Program-made: the position numbers and the translations under genes | Part shown: positions 26,130 through 36,780 of the stretch, piece by piece | How positions within the stretch are numbered: the first letter of the stretch is position 1 | Layout: every line of letters starts with the position of its first letter | Origin: Sphyrna mokarran | Lineage: Eukaryota | Assembly: GCA_024679065.1 (NCBI GenBank) | Contig: JAGIQG010000001.1 | Coordinates: 70,866,001-70,930,000, forward strand | Direction of reading: 5' to 3' | Length of the DNA: 64,000 nt | The notes under the pieces: generated by a model | What the model was told of the DNA's origin: nothing | The model's input: the letters and a program-made list of their open reading frames with translations, nothing else | Databases searched by the model: none

Positions 26130-26235
26130 CTGTTAACTCGGCTTTTCTCTCCAAAGTTGCTGCCAAACTTGCTGAGCAATTCCAGTTCTTTCTCTTTTCA
26201 GTTCAGACTTCCAGCAGCTGCAGGATGTTGCTCTT
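26130..26235 (+). mobile_element. Penelope-like terminal fragment
   Basis: TGTTAACTC..CTCTCCA..GCTGCCAAACTTGCTGAG..TTCCAG..TCAGACTTCCAGCAGCTGCAG. Confidence 0.55.
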
Positions 26236-27444
26236 GTTCATGGAATTGAAAACAAATTGGAAAGTATCTGGATCACTTTTGGTGTGGTGTTGATTTGTGG
26301 CAAATTAACTTGTTTAAACCAGAAAATAATATTTTTTGGCTTAGTGAGTGGTGCAAATATTTCCTAAACTTCCTGTGCATGTTGTAACAAGTAGAACATA
26401 TAAAGACTTTAGAAATATGATATTTGTGTTATACAAAGAAGAAAAATGAGTATTTCTTGGTTGATTTAATTAAGGAGGAGGGTACAGATTGTTTTCTTTC
26501 ATCATCAGAAAACTATAAAGATCCTTCAATGCCCCATGTGCAAGCTGAGAGAAATTTTATTTTTTTTATTATTTCCTTCCACGTAATCTATTTGTTTTTG
26601 GAAGGAATTAGACTGCATATTATACGGCTTCATATAGATTTTCAGTAAACATAATTCCAGTATATCATTATTGTATGCACTGTTTGGTTTTCTGAACCAA
26701 ATGTTGCCTTCACATTAGCTGAATGGAGCCTGTTATATACCAACTGCTTAAAGCAATGTCAAGATCACTAACAGTTTGGTGCCAGCAGTTGTTCTGACAG
26801 CTGAAGCATGAACTGAATCTGTCGCACAAAATTAGCTTAATGTGGGCAAATTGCTGTTGTTTTTAACCATTTGTGAACAAAGGCTACAACAAGCAACTCA
26901 ACTGTATGAGCTGACCTGTTTTTCAATACGTTAGTTCAGGTCTGTGTGGTCCAACCACCACCCATCAAATGCATTAGCAAAGTGAGCATTAATTTTTCAT
27001 TTGCCGTGTTTAACACAAAGTGCCCAGAATGCTACCATTTGAAATTTTGATGACTATTCTATAAAAGGAGCATGTGGCACATACAACATTTTGTGAAGAT
27101 GGAATTCAAATGAAAGCGATCAATGTTTTAAAATTGTTGGCCAGTTCTGTTGTTATTTGCTCAAGGCTCTAACGAGGATATATCCTGTAATATCTATTGA
27201 AATTAGCAAATTATAATTTCCTGTTGTTACTATCAATTAGGATGCAGCTAAATTGGAATGTCTACTGCAGATACCACGTGGCACCAATGTTGATTTTTTT
27301 TTAAGGGTCTGTTGTGATTGAGGTGTACATTTTCCTTTAAGATGGAAACTCCCAATATAGTGGCAAAGCATTCAGGTAGATGGAGTTAGGATATTGATCA
27401 GCAATGATATAAGTGAATGGTGGAAAAGGCTGAAAAGACAGATT

Positions 27445-27600
27445 TTATGGGTTCGGAGGAGGCAATGGTTAGATAGATTGGCCATGCTAAGTTCTCCCTC
27501 ACTGCACCTGAACAGGTGCCAGAATGTGCGATTAGGGGATTTTCACAGTAACTTCATTGCAGTGTTAATGCAAGCCTACTTGTGACTGATAAATATACTT
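27445..27600 (+). mobile_element. V-SINE subfamily 3' half
   Basis: TTTCACAGTAACTTCATTGCAGTGTTAATGCAAGCCTACTTGTGAC; related copies at about 24320 (+) and 55075 (-). Confidence 0.7.
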
Positions 27601-28377
27601 TATTCATCCACCCTCAAAATCCTCGACATATGATTTTCTTGGATTCCTTGGCTTGATGGAATGCCCAAGGACCAAAATATCACATTCATGAGTGTTGACT
27701 TCAGGATCCATACACAATATGTTCATGTGATTTCATTCAATTCCAAGTCAGGCACAAACTTGTCTGAGCAATGCATTTACACAGTGTGCCTGACCTGATG
27801 CATCATTACCAGTTGAATCAATACATTGACCATGTTGCTTCTGATTCATCTCTATCTACACCGAGGTACATTCTCCATGCCTGTCTGACACTGCTGGGAC
27901 AAGAGAGCTGCCAGAGTGGCCAGAAGCTATCTAAGATAAGATTTCCTCTTGAGATAGGGGCGGAAGTCTCACCTTAAAGCAGCTGAAAATACTCCAGTGT
28001 TAATTTGCTGCAGGGCAGCTGTCAAAAATCATGGATTTTTGACATCTAAACCCCCCTGAACATTTGGGGAGGTTGTTAGGTTGTGTTATTGGTGAGGCTT
28101 TGAAGCACTCTAAAATTAAACCCTAGGTTCTTTTGCAGAATTTGCTGCAATGGTGAAATTGACATAGAATGTCAATAATTTAGATACATGGACCCCCTGA
28201 ATTCCAGTGCTCAATTTGTGTCATGATTTGGTGGAGAAATAATGAGGGTGTGCCTCAGTGTAGATAGCGGTGAATAAGAGATATGGCCAATGTATTAATC
28301 CCATTGCTAATAGTGTGTCAGATAAGTCCCAAACCTGAAAACTGTTGTATTAACATTTTATTGTGTTTTCTATTTTC

Positions 28378-28631
28378 GATGATGCAGAGATGTCGGCATT
28401 GGACTGGGGTAAACACAGTAAGAAGTCTGACAATACCCAGTTTAAATCCAACCAATTTATTTGATAGTAACTTACAAGCTTTCAACCTTATGGTCCTCGT
28501 CACGTGAGGACCATGCAGGAGACCAGAACACCTCATTCACCTGACGAAGACCGTAGGGTCAAATGCTTATAAGTTTACTATCAAATAAATCGGTTGGATT
28601 TAAACCTGATGTTGTCAGGCTTCTTACTGTG
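28378..28631. mobile_element. Compact Penelope-like insertion made of inverted pLTRs with two hammerhead cores
   Basis: Arms 28411-28507 / 28537-28634; TGTGTTTTCTATTTTC duplicated at 28362-28377 and 28628-28643. Confidence 0.85.
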
Positions 28632-28944
28632 TTTTCTATTTTCATCAGATCCCTATTGGACCAGCAACATATTTCTATACTAATGAAGAAATATCATTTA
28701 TTTGTGAAGACTTTTAAATACTCCTTCTGCACATCAGGTCATGTAACAAGTGATAACATTCTCTCGTGGTCTCCTATGTTTTAAGTGACGTGTTGCATTA
28801 AAATTACTTTCTGTCAAGAGGATTCATGGAATGAGAAGATATGAATCTATCCCTCAAAGGACCAGATCATTTTCCATGTCACTAGATTTGTGCTGGTGCA
28901 GGGAAAGATTGTTTTCAGTAATGTTCATTCGGGATCTCTTTGCT

Positions 28945-29035
28945 GATTGTGTATTTTGCTGCCGTGTTTCCTGCATTGTAATAGTAACTACATTTCAAAA
29001 TTAGCACTTAGTTAGCTGCGTCACACTTTGGAGAC
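28945..29035 (+). mobile_element. DeuSINE 3' fragment
   Basis: GCTGCCGTGTTTCCTGCATTGTAATAGTAACTACATTTCAAAA..CACTTTGG. Confidence 0.6.
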
Positions 29036-30319
29036 CCTGACCCTCAGTGTTCAATTTGTGTCCAAATTTGGTGGAAATGAGAATGTACCTCAGTGTAGAT
29101 AGAGATGAATCAGAAACGACATAGTCAACGTATTGATCCAACTGGTAATGGTGCGTCAGGTCAGGCACACTGTGTAAATGCATTGCTCAGGCAAGTGTGT
29201 GCCTGACTTGGAATTGCATAAAATCACATGAACACATTGCGTATGGATCCTGAAGTCAACACTCATGAATGTGATATTTTGGTCCTTGGGCATTCAAGAG
29301 TCTGGCGATTGATGTTTGTTCTTGAATTGCTGCCTGGATACTCTTTGCAGCGTTACTCCATTGCAATCTATTTTTCTACCAGCCTGCAGCTCCCTGAGAC
29401 AGCTCTGCAATGACTGTGGCCCTGAGGGAGGACATTAAAAGCACTTGACCATGCCCACCCCCTCCCCCTTTTTCTTCGTCCGTATGCTTCTCTCACTCTT
29501 CGGCAACATTGAGTCTTTCCCAGCTTAGACCAAATGGAGAGAGGAGCTGAGGACGGAGTGAATGGGAAAGGAGGATTGGGAGAGGGGCTGAATGGTGGGG
29601 AGGATGGGGAGAAGGGCAGCTGAGGATGAGTGCGTGTGTGAAGGAAGTGGTTAAGAAGAGGAGCTGCTGAGTGAGTAGAGGGAAATGGATAGGGTAGTAA
29701 TTATATCTGGGGGGGTGGTTGGGAAGAGGGATGTTTGTGTAAATGTTGGATATGTTGAGAGGGAATGATTATAATGTGTGAGCAGTAGGCTAAGGAGAGG
29801 GTGCCTTTACAGAGTCTGTTGTCGCCAGGGAATATGGAGAACTTGGGTGAAACTTACATAGGTGCATACAATCATAATGTCTTTACAAAGTACTTTAAAA
29901 ACTCAGATTTTCATATTTATAATATAAATAACTGCTGATTTATAACAGGTAAACTTAATGTAACTGTGCTGTTTCATTACTATGTTGCTTTTGCTGATAT
30001 CTCAGGTGATCATAATTTTTGTGCATATCGGAAAGTAGTTTTAGAAGTTCTTTTTATTGCGGTATCATTTTCCTGGCGTTACAGAATCACCCTCAATGAT
30101 AGGTGGAGATGGTTACGTCATATTGACTGCCTTGGGGAGAAGTTATTTTCCCTGTAAACATCACAGCTATGGGAAACCTGGATAAAAAATGCCACAGTGA
30201 CCTCAGAATCACTATATTGAGGGTAGAGAGGGGGGTGGAGGGCAAAGATTGGAAGAAGGCATCTGATACCTGAGTACTGCACTGGTTTGCAGCTGCCTGT
30301 GAAACGCTAGGGGGTCTGC

Positions 30320-30600
30320 ACTACAAAAGGCACAGATGCCTGTGACAGTCTGTGAGGAGAGTCACAGCCTCCTTGGGGAATGGGTCTCAGTCACCCCCAG
30401 GTGGATTTGCCTCTGCCTGTATATCATGGTATTTTCTCATTCTCCTTTGTTCCTATTGTCATCTCCTCTGACCTCTTAATACCTGGTGCCCTGCCCTTTC
30501 TGTGCAGACTCCTGCTCCTCATCTCCAAGCATTTTGATCTCTCTGGGTACAGCAGCCATTTCTAACTGGTGCTCAGGTGGAGTCCAAACAGCCATGCCCG
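30320..30600 (-). pseudogene. Harbinger transposase N-terminal remnant
   Basis: IYRQRQIHLGVTETHSPRRL*LSSQTVTGICA, equivalent to the N-termini at 15.6 kb and 16.9 kb. Confidence 0.6.
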
Positions 30601-31136
30601 CTGCTCCTATACCTATGGAATGTCGAGGCGGTGACAAATCCCCTGAACTGAATGGTCGCTCTTCCCATGAACTCTGCTGGTCTGCTGCAACTTCAAAGAT
30701 GTAAACCCTTCACTCTATGGGAAGCATCAACACATATCTTTATCATTTTTTCTAGCCTTCATAACTCACCGCTGACATAGCCTTTGTCTGCCTTCTACTG
30801 ACCTGAAATAGGCAAATATTACATATGGAGGTAAAGTATCCAGTAGCACAACATGGCAGAGCCCTGTCGCCGTGCTGTGCCTAATCCAGCCCCTTCCCTA
30901 CATCTGCTCTATCAAATGCTTCCAAAATGTTGAAGATCACCATCAGGTCATTTCCCTTTTTCCAGACAAAAGAGTGCCAGTTTTTCAATCCTTGCTGATA
31001 GAGTCTAATCTTTCACAGTATTATTGATTCTCAATACTAAGATATTTGAAATAACATCCACCGGTTGAAAGTATGACTTTAGATTGTCTTTTCCTTATTT
31101 AATAGTATATTTTTTTGCTCTGCTTCTGAGAGACTA

Positions 31137-31272
31137 CAGCTGGAATTTTCTGGCTGTTCACTCCCCATCGCTGCTGCAAGTGAGGGCGGAGAATTCAATG
31201 CTCAGCCAAATCTCCATTCACTGCAGCGGAACCAGAAAATCTACTGTGTGGATGGTGAAAAAACCAGCTGCA
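31137..31272. mobile_element. Short MITE (same family as 3096 and 58785)
   Basis: CAGCTGGAATTTT..CTCAGCCAAATCTCCATTCACTGCAGCGG..AAAAACCAGCTG. Confidence 0.7.
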
Positions 31273-31790
31273 CCTTGGAAATGACTGTTCATGTCATTCC
31301 TTCAGGCAGTGCATTATTGCATAAAATAAATCCCCATCTCACTTCTGCTTCTGCTTCTGCTGCCAATTATCTTCTACAATTATAATGACAGGGTGAAGTA
31401 TATCAAGCCAAGCAAGGCATTTACAAACATCAACGGTGAAGTAAAGGTCTAAAACACACCTCAAAAATCCAGGTTTTATTTTTTCATCTACATTTTATTA
31501 AGCCTTGAAATGAAAATTCTGACCTGATGGTGTTATTTTGGGTGCAGGAATTTGATGCAGTAGCTGGAGATGGCTTTAACATCTGAGGGGATGTTTATTA
31601 TGGGCTTTTGATGCTGACCTTGCATCTTGCACTCAGTCTATCAGTGAGTCAAGCTAATGTCATGTCCTGGATTATAGCATTGTGATGTGCTTGGGGAAGT
31701 GATGATTTGTAATATTTGGGAAATTCAGAAGCCAAATGAAGCAGATAGTTATTGGTGGGTGTTTACCCCAACCCGCTGCATTAACATATT

Positions 31791-33081
31791 GTGGGCAATT
31801 CTCCCAGGCCAGAAATCAGCGCAGAGCTGCATATATTATTATAATGTGCATGTGAATCTAATTTAAATGCCATCATGACTGATCTCCAGGCCCACTAGCG
31901 TCTCCCGCCTACCAGGAGTGGTTCACTCCAACAGGGGTCAGTGCAGCTCCCCACTTGCGGGCAGCTGGTGATCTAACCCTCCTGGAGTGAAGAGAGGGCA
32001 ACTGAGGTCCCCCAGAGGGTCAGGCGTCAGGTGGTACTCACAGTGCATTGCCACCTTGGCAGTGCCAGCCTATGCCCCCTGGCACTGCCCAAGGACAAAA
32101 GTGTCAATGCCCAGGAGCATCTTGGCACTGCCCATTGGGTATCAAGCAGTGCCAAAGAGGGGGGAGGGCCTAATGGCAGGCCTGAGGCAGCAGGGCCTCT
32201 GAATGGGTGGAAATCAGTGTGGGTTGGCAGGGTCCTGCTGCCACTCTGCATTTGGGCTGAGTGACAGGAAGGGAGGCCAGTGACTGGGGCTGGCCATTGA
32301 AGTGGTGGGGAGGGGGAGAAATGTCAGCCTGCTGGGGGAGATTCAGGAGAGAGCGAGTTGAGGGTCAGGCTGCGGGGGGTGGTGGGGTTCTGGCTGCCAG
32401 TAGTGCGGGGAAATTGAGGCAGGGAGATGAATAAAGGTAAATACGTGGAGTTACGGAGAGAGGGCAGGGGTGGGATTGTGGCCAGTGCAGACTCAATGGG
32501 CCAAATGTCCTCCTTCTGTACTATGGGGGTTCGGGGCTGCAGGGGAATGGGGGTCGGGACTGCCGGTTGGGGGGATACTGAGTAGATCGGAGCTGGAGAT
32601 GGGGGGCTGTGAGCTGCAGGCCCAGTGGGCCCATGGCTGCCAGTGTGACCTGGGGAATTGGGAGGAATTGGGAGATTTGGGCTATAAGTGCGGGATACAT
32701 CGAGACATTGAGATGGACTAGGAGTAGGGGTGAGGTGGGGTCAAGGCTAACCCGGGCATATTCAAGGGTGTGGGGGAGGTGGAGGGGTAGTGATGTGGAT
32801 ATTGCAGGGCTAGCTAGCAATTGGGAGGCCCACATTAGGGGGCTACTGCACATACACCAATCTTCGCACTGAGTGATCAGTGCATGCGCAGTGACCCACT
32901 CGGCGCTATGCTGCCAGCATATCCAGTGGGAATAGATCTCGCCCACTGATTTTTCATGTGATTCATGCTGAGGCACAGAGTGTGGGAGATTCATTTTGAA
33001 ACTCTCGCTGAAAAAAAACAAGGGTATTTACTCCAGGTTTTACAAATTCGACATTTATAATTTTTGGGGAGAATTGCCCCC
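31791..33081. mobile_element. Non-autonomous Harbinger element with a nested V-SINE tail (about 32437-32535)
   Basis: TIRs GTGGGCAATTCTCCC / GGGAGAATTGCCCCC; 3-bp TSD ATT at 31788-31790 and 33082-33084. Confidence 0.85.
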
Positions 33082-33269
33082 ATTATTTCATGGTTTTCTG
33101 ACCAGTTAGATCCAGTGGGAATGGTGACATTTTCACAGAGTTGACTTCAACTGCAGTCTTTAAAGGAACGTTGCAAATGTAAATTTGCTTGTATTCTGGA
33201 GTTGGGAGCAGAACACAAGGCATCACAGAATGTAGTGTACTTGTTCAAAGCCTAAGCTTTTCTTTAATG

Positions 33270-33445
33270 ATACCTCCTGGATGTGATGCTGAAGGATATA
33301 AGAGCTTGTGGGGAGCTATTCTTTTCTACATGAATGGGAAGAAGAAGCCCAACAGTGCAGCCAAGAAGGTCTGGCTGGAGGCAAGTGAAAAGGTCGACAT
33401 CAGAAGCATGGTGATGCTGAAGGCAGTTTCATGAACTTATTCAAC
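33270..33445 (+). pseudogene. Harbinger Myb/SANT domain remnant
   Basis: ILFYMNGKKKPNSAAKKVWLEASEKVDIRSMV. Confidence 0.55.
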
Positions 33446-33463
33446 CACATCCTGACATATCAT

Positions 33464-33752
33464 ATCATAGAATCATAGAATCCCTACAGTGCAGGAGGCC
33501 ATTTGGCCCATTGAGTCTGCATTGACCACAATCCCACACAGGCTCTCTCTCCGAACCCCACACATTTATCCTTGCTCATCCCCTGATACTAAGGGGCAAT
33601 TTAACATGGCCAATCAATCTCAGCTGCACATTTTTGCATTGAGGGGAAACTGGAGCACTTGGCGGAAATCCATGCAGATACAGGGAGAATGTGCAAACTT
33701 TACACACAGTCACCAGAGGCTGGCACTATGAGACTGCAGTGCTAACTACTCA
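33464..33752 (-). mobile_element. HE1/V-SINE
   Basis: ATCATAGAATCATAGAATCCCTACAGTGCAGGAGGCCATT tail plus V-domain. Confidence 0.85.
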
Positions 33753-34574
33753 CTCATCAACATCTCACTCTGCCTTCTGTACTGCCTACTCCAGTGTATT
33801 ATTCCAACTCCTATGTCAATTTACCTTGAAAAAGCACACTTCCCTTTCTGTCTGTGAATGTCTTCATACCCGTTTCTATCCACTCACCACTGGCATTAAC
33901 CCTCCTAACTATATGGGAGCATGATTGAATGGTGGAGCAGACTCAGTGGGCCAAGTGGTTTAATTCTGCTATGTCTTATGGCATTATGGAATAGAAAAAA
34001 TAGAAGCAGAGTAGATCATGTTACTTTTTATACCCTTCAGTATGGATTTTGCCTGGATAATTTTCATGCTCAATTCCACTTTCCTACCTAACCCCCATAG
34101 CCCTTGATTCCCTGAATATGCGAAAATCTATTGATTTCAGCCCTAAACAATAGTTGGAATGGCAATACTGACAACCTGTTCATGAAAAAGTAAAAAAAAA
34201 ACTCAGTAACCAGTGAAATATAATCAAGTGCATAATTTTCACTGAAAATATTACTATGGCAATTCTAATTCATGTCAACAATCTCCCATTAGGCCATCAC
34301 GCATCCATAGTTGGTGCTCAAAAAGTTGAGAAGAACACATCAAGGTAAGTAAGTCCCTCTGAGGGTGCTCATCCTGACACTCACACTGACCAGGCACCAG
34401 CTCAGCTTCACACACTTTCACAGAAGTGGCAGTGCATTTTACAATGCAAATGCAGCTGATGTAACATCTTTTTTTACCTGCTGTGTCCTCACTGTCCAAA
34501 GTCGTGAGCACTCCTTCCAAGGGAAACAATGATTTATATGCATTCAATTTAGTCCACAATGTGGTCTCCTTTTG

Positions 34575-35220
34575 GATCTAAATTTGGGGAGATCAAATGC
34601 AGATCACGTGACAACTTTGAGGAAGATCCCTGTTCAGTCCACAAGCTTGATCTCAACCACCTGTCATTTCAATTCTCCCCTTGACGTCTGTGTCCTTGGC
34701 CTGCTGCGCTGTTGAGTTTTCATGAACAGGATGTGGGTATTGCTGAGATAAACTCATCTTTTGAGTCAGCACTTTTACAGCTTTCTGGACTCAACATTGA
34801 GTTCATCATTTTCAGATGTAAACTCTAATTGCCACTCTATTTTCCTTTCTTTACATATTTTAGTTTCTTTTTTAGATAATAGCGCAAATGCTCCACACGT
34901 CCCCTCTGTTTCTTTTCCTTACCCATTACCCTTTCCAGCTGAGACTAACTCTTTTGTTATTCATTCTCTCCAGTCTTCCACCCTATCGCAGACATGCCTT
35001 GCCCCACCCATATCTGGCTGAAAAGTTATTTTGTTTCTAACTTTGTCAGTTCTGATGAAAGATTATTGACCTGAAATGTGTGACAGACAGATGCAAGATG
35101 GTAGGATGTTTCCCTTTTTAACACATCCCGACTGACTGCAGATGAAGTACTGTAGCTTTACTCTCTCTCCACTGATGCTATCAGACCTGCTGAGCTTTTC
35201 CAGCATTTTCTGTTTCAGTT
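34575..35220 (+). mobile_element. Penelope-like element 3' region with decayed hammerhead (about 35046-35080)
   Basis: Degenerate GIY-YIG-type region (CHFNSP..VCVLGLL), CTGATGAAAGATTATTGACCTGAAA, then GACCTGCTGAGCTTTTCCAGCATTTTCTGTTT. Confidence 0.6.
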
Positions 35221-36780
35221 GCTGTGATTCTCAATATTGAAGGTCCTACCAGCATGATGGAAGCCCTCCAGAATAAGGGAGTCAGTGATCTGTAGCAGAG
35301 GCACAGTTATTGTCAATCTCTTATCCTCCATATATGAATCTCATCTTATCCATAAGAACTAATCACTATGTAGGGGAGGTCTGAACTGCTTTGAAAGTCT
35401 CTTCAAGAGGATTAACAAAGGTCATAATGGCAGAATCCTTACTGATGGGCTTTAGGGTATTACAGGAGCAGATGATCTAATGCTGTGTGTCAGTTCAATG
35501 TTCTTGTTTTGTCCTTAAGAGGGTGCTCTTAAAGCCCAGAATCAGATATTCCCAAGATTCTAACTGATACACGCAACCACTTCTTCCACTCCAAGGATTC
35601 ATATTTATAACCACCTCGATAAGTTCTGTTAGTATGTTCCTGTGGTATACTCATTAGAAATGTTATTGTATCTCCCATGCTGCCTATCACAAACTGTGTC
35701 ACTATTAATTCCTGTCATTTTTTCTGTAAATTGATAAAGTCTAATTTCTCTTCAGCCTGATACATGTGCTGAGGTATAGGATAAAATCTTACATTTCCAA
35801 AAACTGACCTAACATCATTTATCAAGTCCTGGGTAAACATCACATGCCTCTCCCTTAAACAGGCAGTCAGACAGATTAATGGCTTTTAATCCCTGTAGTA
35901 AACCTTCCCTCTGAGCTTGCAAAGCTGCATTTTTTATTTAGTTCCCTCCACTGTGAAATGTAGTAATACATTCATCCATCTTTTTTTCCAGCTCTCCCTT
36001 TACCTGAATGCATCTTGTAGTAAATTGTTATTAAGTAATAGTTCTCCTTATCCTTCAATTGTCTCCAATAAAAATTCTTGAACCTATCTTTTTTTATACT
36101 GTCTCTCACCACCATCTAAAATTTCTCTTAAAATCAGTTTCTCTGTTCCCTTGATTGTTTCAAAGGGCCCTATTTTGCCATTTTAATCCGAAGTGTTAGG
36201 TGGACTTGAAACAGGGAGTGTTTCAGATTTGACTTTTAGACCCATTCTGAGGCACCCCCATACACACTCTGCCTGTAAAAATATCAGCAATTCTGATTCA
36301 TGCCGCACAAGCCTATGGGTGGGGTTTAATGTGGCCAAAATCCTGCAGCTCCAATTGGTGCCTCAACTGCGCATGCGCAAAATAATGATGAAATAATGCT
36401 CCACAGCAACACTCTTCCCCGGCCAGATAATGCCTCCCTTGGTCCCCCCTAGACATTGCCCCATCCCCACAACATTACTGACTTCCTTATTCCCCCCTCC
36501 CCCGTACCCCCACTACCTAGACCGATCGAGGCCCCTCTTCCCCCATCTCTGCCACTGATCTCAGGCAGAGTGGCAGCAGGTCGCCCCCCCCACCCCCCAC
36601 CAAATCAGCACACTTGCAGGTACACACTTGGCTTCCCCTCAATGCTAACAAGCAAACTGCATGGAACTTGCTGGAATGTTCTGTCAAACTGCCTGCAGCT
36701 GATCTGCCCTAACGAGGGGCAGCTTCATTAAAAACTCAAGAATGGGCAGACAGGCAGGCATTCCTGCACAAAATGTGCAC

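Larger units (their letters stand above)
27659..29295. repeat. About 217-bp inverted repeat pair (27659-27875 / 29079-29295) plus a diverged partial third copy (about 28190-28325)
   Basis: Reverse-complement match by eye; the ORF track gives near-identical MHLHSVPDL.HHYQL peptides on opposite strands. Confidence 0.9.

Noticed and set aside
29966-30160. Possible terminal exon on - strand after TTTACAG, or the 63-aa + ORF
   Set aside because: All frames close quickly and no peptide is recognisable
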